Origin: Octopus sinensis
Taxonomy: Eukaryota
DNA length: 64,000 nucleotides
Direction of reading: 5' to 3'
NCBI RefSeq assembly: GCF_006345805.1
Contig: NC_043008.1
Coordinates: forward strand, 36,084,001 to 36,148,000
The notes under the pieces were generated by a model. It was not told the DNA's origin. It saw only the letters and a program-made list of their open reading frames with translations, and searched no databases. The stretch's first letter is position 1, and the number at the start of each line of letters is the position of its first letter. Positions 60,231 through 64,000 of the stretch are shown here, in pieces. The translations under genes were made by a program, and so were the position numbers.

Positions 60231-60860
60231 CCTTAATACCTCTCTCGAAATTGCTCTATGATGCACAGTACGGATATAAAATGTTGGATAAAAATATAAA
60301 TCATCTCATTTGCATGGATGATTTAAAGCTCTTTGCAAAAAATGACCAACAACACAAGGGCTTACTAACGATTGTTAAACAATTCAGTGATGACATCAGA
60401 AAGCAATTTGGTCTAGATAAATGTGCAAAGCTACTTTTATCAAAGGAAAAATGACAGAAACATCTAACACTTACCTCGACCAGCAGAATGTCATAAAAAA
60501 GTTAGACCCAGCAGAAAGCTACAAGTACCTAGGGGTAACTGAAAGGGACGGAATAAGGCATTCAGTGATGAAGGAAAGGATCAGGAGAGAATGTTATCGC
60601 AGAGTAAGAGCAATACTTAAGACAGAGCTGAATGCGAGAAACAGGATCGAAGTGATCAACGCTCTGGCCATACCAGTCATGACTTACAGTTTCAATATCG
60701 TTAACTGGTCAATTATTGAAATATGTAATCTTGACAGAATAATAATAACAACAACACCAATATGAACTTCCAACTTGTCTCTTGAGGTCTCTGGGTGAGA
60801 CCTGGAGCCAACTTGTGCAAATGTAAAGCAAAAGTCAAACATAGAATAATAATAATAATG
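60231..60860 (+). mobile_element. R4/Dong-like LINE RT fragment joined to a 3'UTR piece, flanked by (AAT)n
   Basis: IALIPLS..HLICMDDLKLFAK..FGLDKCAK / YKYLGV..ILKTELNARNRIEVINALAIPVMTYSF; 60750-60845 matches UTR 59490-59580. Confidence 0.88.
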
Positions 60861-61005
60861 ATGATGCTTATGATTATGATGATGATGATGATATTGATAA
60901 TCATGATGCTGAAGATGAGGATGATCTTAGGCCATAAGTTATTTTGGCAGTTGTTATTCATTAACTCTGATTTGTTAGTAAAAAAATAAATAGAAAGAAA
61001 AGAAG

Positions 61006-61042
<37 letters not shown>

Positions 61043-61313
61043 TATATATATATATATATATATGAAATGAAGATACTCGAGAATTCTATAATAGTCCACT
61101 TGCAGAAGGTGGTTGTTGGATTCATAGCTACGTTGGATAATGAGGAAAAATGTACAGGAAAGATTCTGTGATTGAAAGCATGGATCATTTAAGCAACTTA
61201 ATGAGTAAGAAGTACCATACCTTAATGATATGGAAAAAATATAGATATAATATGTGATGTATATACATACATACATACATACATACACACACATACATAC
61301 ATATATACATACA

Positions 61314-61391
<78 letters not shown>

Positions 61392-61576
61392 ATGTATGTA
61401 TATGCATAAAATGTAAGGTCTACATTAATTGGAAAGTCAATGTTACATTAAATTTTATTAAGCAGTATATTTATATAAGACATCTAGTGAAGCCACTACA
61501 TACATACATACATACATACATACATACATACATGCATGCATGCATACATACATACATACATACATACATACATACA

Positions 61577-61608
<32 letters not shown>

Positions 61609-61743
61609 CATACATATATGTATGAAAAATTAATGATGTACATATATTCATATATTTACATGTGTATGTAGTGTGTGTACATTTATACATTTATATATGA
61701 ATATACTTACATGCAGGCACACAGACACACACACACTTACATA

Positions 61744-62542
61744 CAGGGTGTGGATGGGTGAATTGTTGCCATTTCCTATTTATAATTTTGCGTATGTGCA
61801 TTGCTTGTCTTCGATTTTGTTGACTACACAGTATGGTAGGGTCAGTTGGGCACCGTCTGTGAGAAAAACAGCACCAGGAAGCAATTCACTCGGCCAGAAA
61901 TTTGGAAACAACATGCTGTACTGCTTAGCATTCACACCAGAAGCTCCAATATGAACATATTCATTAGAAACATATACCAAGAGGGATAAAAATCAAACGT
62001 CTAGTCAACATCATGGTGTTTGGAGTTATTACTAATGATGGCAACATTATACCTCCATTCATCTACCTACAAGGCCACACACTCAACATGGAGGGCTACA
62101 TTAAGCATCTGGAGAAGGTAGTGCTTCCCTGGGTCAAGAGGCAGCTGCTGGAATACCCTATGTCTGGTAACAGGATTTTGCCCCATGCCACACAAGCAAG
62201 AACCCTGTCTGGCCACTTAACTCCCCACACTGCAATCCCCTTTATTATGTGCAGGGCACAGTTGAGCAAGAGACTCCTTGTAACACCAAAGATGAACTGA
62301 AGGCAGGAATTACAGCAGCATTCACCAACTTAAACAAAGAGACTATCCAGAAAAGTTGCAGGAGATTCCATAGTCGTCTGGAGGCCATAGTGGAAGCCAA
62401 TGGTGATTTTATTGAATAAATTTACTCTTTAGTATTTTAAGATATTTTAATGTAATTTTGGTAAATATATCTGTTAAAATGAGATGTCAGTGTTATTTTC
62501 ATTTTTGCATAATTTAGACAACAGTTTATTCACTACACGCTG
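61744..62542 (+). mobile_element. Tc1/mariner (probably maT/DD37D-like) deletion derivative
   Basis: TA|CAGGGTG start, degenerate right TIR; IMVFGVI..LNMEGYIKHLEKVVLPWV, PYVW*QDFAPCHTS, WPLNSPHCNPL, CRRFHSRLEAIVEANGDFIE*. Confidence 0.85.
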
Positions 62543-63154
62543 AATATATATATTATATATATATATGTCAATATGTGTGTATGTATATATGGGTGGGGTA
62601 TGCATGTTTTTATGTCTATGTTTTCATTTATTTGGACTACATGTTCTAATGTGTGTGTGTGGGTATATGGATATGTGCATATATGTATGGATGTATGGGG
62701 GTGTGTATATGTGTGTGTTTGTCTATATGAATATGTATGATTCATACCATGCTGTGTAGAGTTTGTATATGTAGACATATATGATATATGTGTGTATTAG
62801 CACATAAGATTAATACTGTGTATGTATAAATGAATATATATGACTACTTTCATACCCTTCTTACCCTTCTCTTTACTAGATCTTAATCTGGATGTTGTGT
62901 GGGAGTGAGAAAATTTTACTTTATTGAATTGAATTCATGGTGTGGCAAAGGCATATATGTATGTAGGCATATAAGTCTACTTCATGTTCTTTTTACCCCA
63001 CTCTCTTTACAGGTCCTTAATCTGAATACTGTATGGGAGGGAGAAAAATTATACTTCATTGAATTACTACCTAGCAAACATTTACACAGGTCTTTTGAAA
63101 AACGAACAAAAAGCCACACAGTGACCACCTTTCCATTGTCCCTTCCAAGTATGC

Positions 63155-63650
63155 AATTTTAGGGCTGAAAATGTCAATGTTGGCTGAATGAAGAGGAGAT
63201 CTGTTGAGGTTGTTGAAATGATGGAGCATTGTCATGTTGATGTGTGTGGTGTACAAGAAGTGAGAGGGAAAGGAGCCTCTGCAAGATTCCTCACGATAAG
63301 AAACAGAGGTTTAAATTCTTCTAGGTGGTCAGTTGTGATGGAGTGGGTGGAGTAGGCATATTCTTAGCGGAAAAGTGGGTAGATAAGGTAATTGAGGTAG
63401 TCAAAGTGTACGATAGGGTTCTTAAGTTGAGACTTATAGATAGATTAACAATTATATTTATCTCTGCCTATGTTCCACTGGCTGGACTGGCTGATGGTCA
63501 GAAGGACCAATTCTATGAGATCCTTTTGCAGACTATCTTAATGACAAATGACAGAGACTTTGTTATTGTGACCGGTGACTTTAATGGACATGTTGGGCAG
63601 CATTCTCATGGATTCCATGGTGTGTATGGTGGTTATGTCTTTGGCACCAC
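63155..63650 (+). mobile_element. RTE-type LINE APE endonuclease fragment
   Basis: VDVCGVQEVR, GVGGVGIFLAEKW, DRVLKLRL, ISAYVP, KDQFYE, GDFNGHVG. Confidence 0.9.
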
Positions 63651-64000
63651 TACATCTTTCTCTTCCTCATATTTCCTCTTCATAAATTATGATTGCTTTC
63701 CAATTCCCTTTCTTGCCATCACTGCCCGGCTCACTGTATTGCTGCTCCCCACACCCCCAACAGTCACACCCACACCCTATTTTTCTACTCAGGTTCTACG
63801 CTCATATTCTTGTTTCTCGTGAGTATACCCTAGCACTACATCATCTCTCTTCTGCACTCTCTTCCACTCTTGCTGTTTCCTAATCTCTCTCTCTCTCTTG
63901 CCTTTGGTCATTCTCTCTTTCTTTCTCTTGTTTTTTTCTCTGACTAGGTAACCAAGTATCTCCTTTACACCAGCACACTTGTTTTTGGCCTCTTTCTTGT

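Overview
AT-rich, CpG-depleted eukaryotic DNA almost entirely made of transposon relics and microsatellites. The SINE families and repeat landscape suggest an octopus/cephalopod genome (inference, not searched). I could not identify a host protein-coding gene, so the window is probably intergenic or a large intron. Nearly all ORFs in the supplied track are microsatellite or repeat artefacts. Recognisable content: RTE-clade LINE fragments (endonuclease, RT, C-termini, and many 3'UTR pieces with (GAT)n tails); a cluster of R4/Dong-like LINE remnants at 56-61 kb; a CR1/Jockey-group RT relic; several tRNA-derived SINE families; hAT, mariner, Tc1/maT and pogo-like DNA transposon remnants; three Helitron pieces; an internally deleted Gypsy element with both LTRs; and a decayed 18S rRNA fragment. 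The most interesting signal is a set of Penelope-type minimal hammerhead-ribozyme motifs (about 3.85, 14.76, 25.06 and 42.1 kb). One sits downstream of a tRNA-like Pol III promoter and one lies in the loop of an 81-bp inverted repeat. There is also a family of long fold-back palindromes whose arms co-vary between copies, and a 2.9-kb satellite with higher-order structure that arose inside one RTE 3'UTR. All alignments and counts were done by eye; boundaries of decayed elements are approximate.
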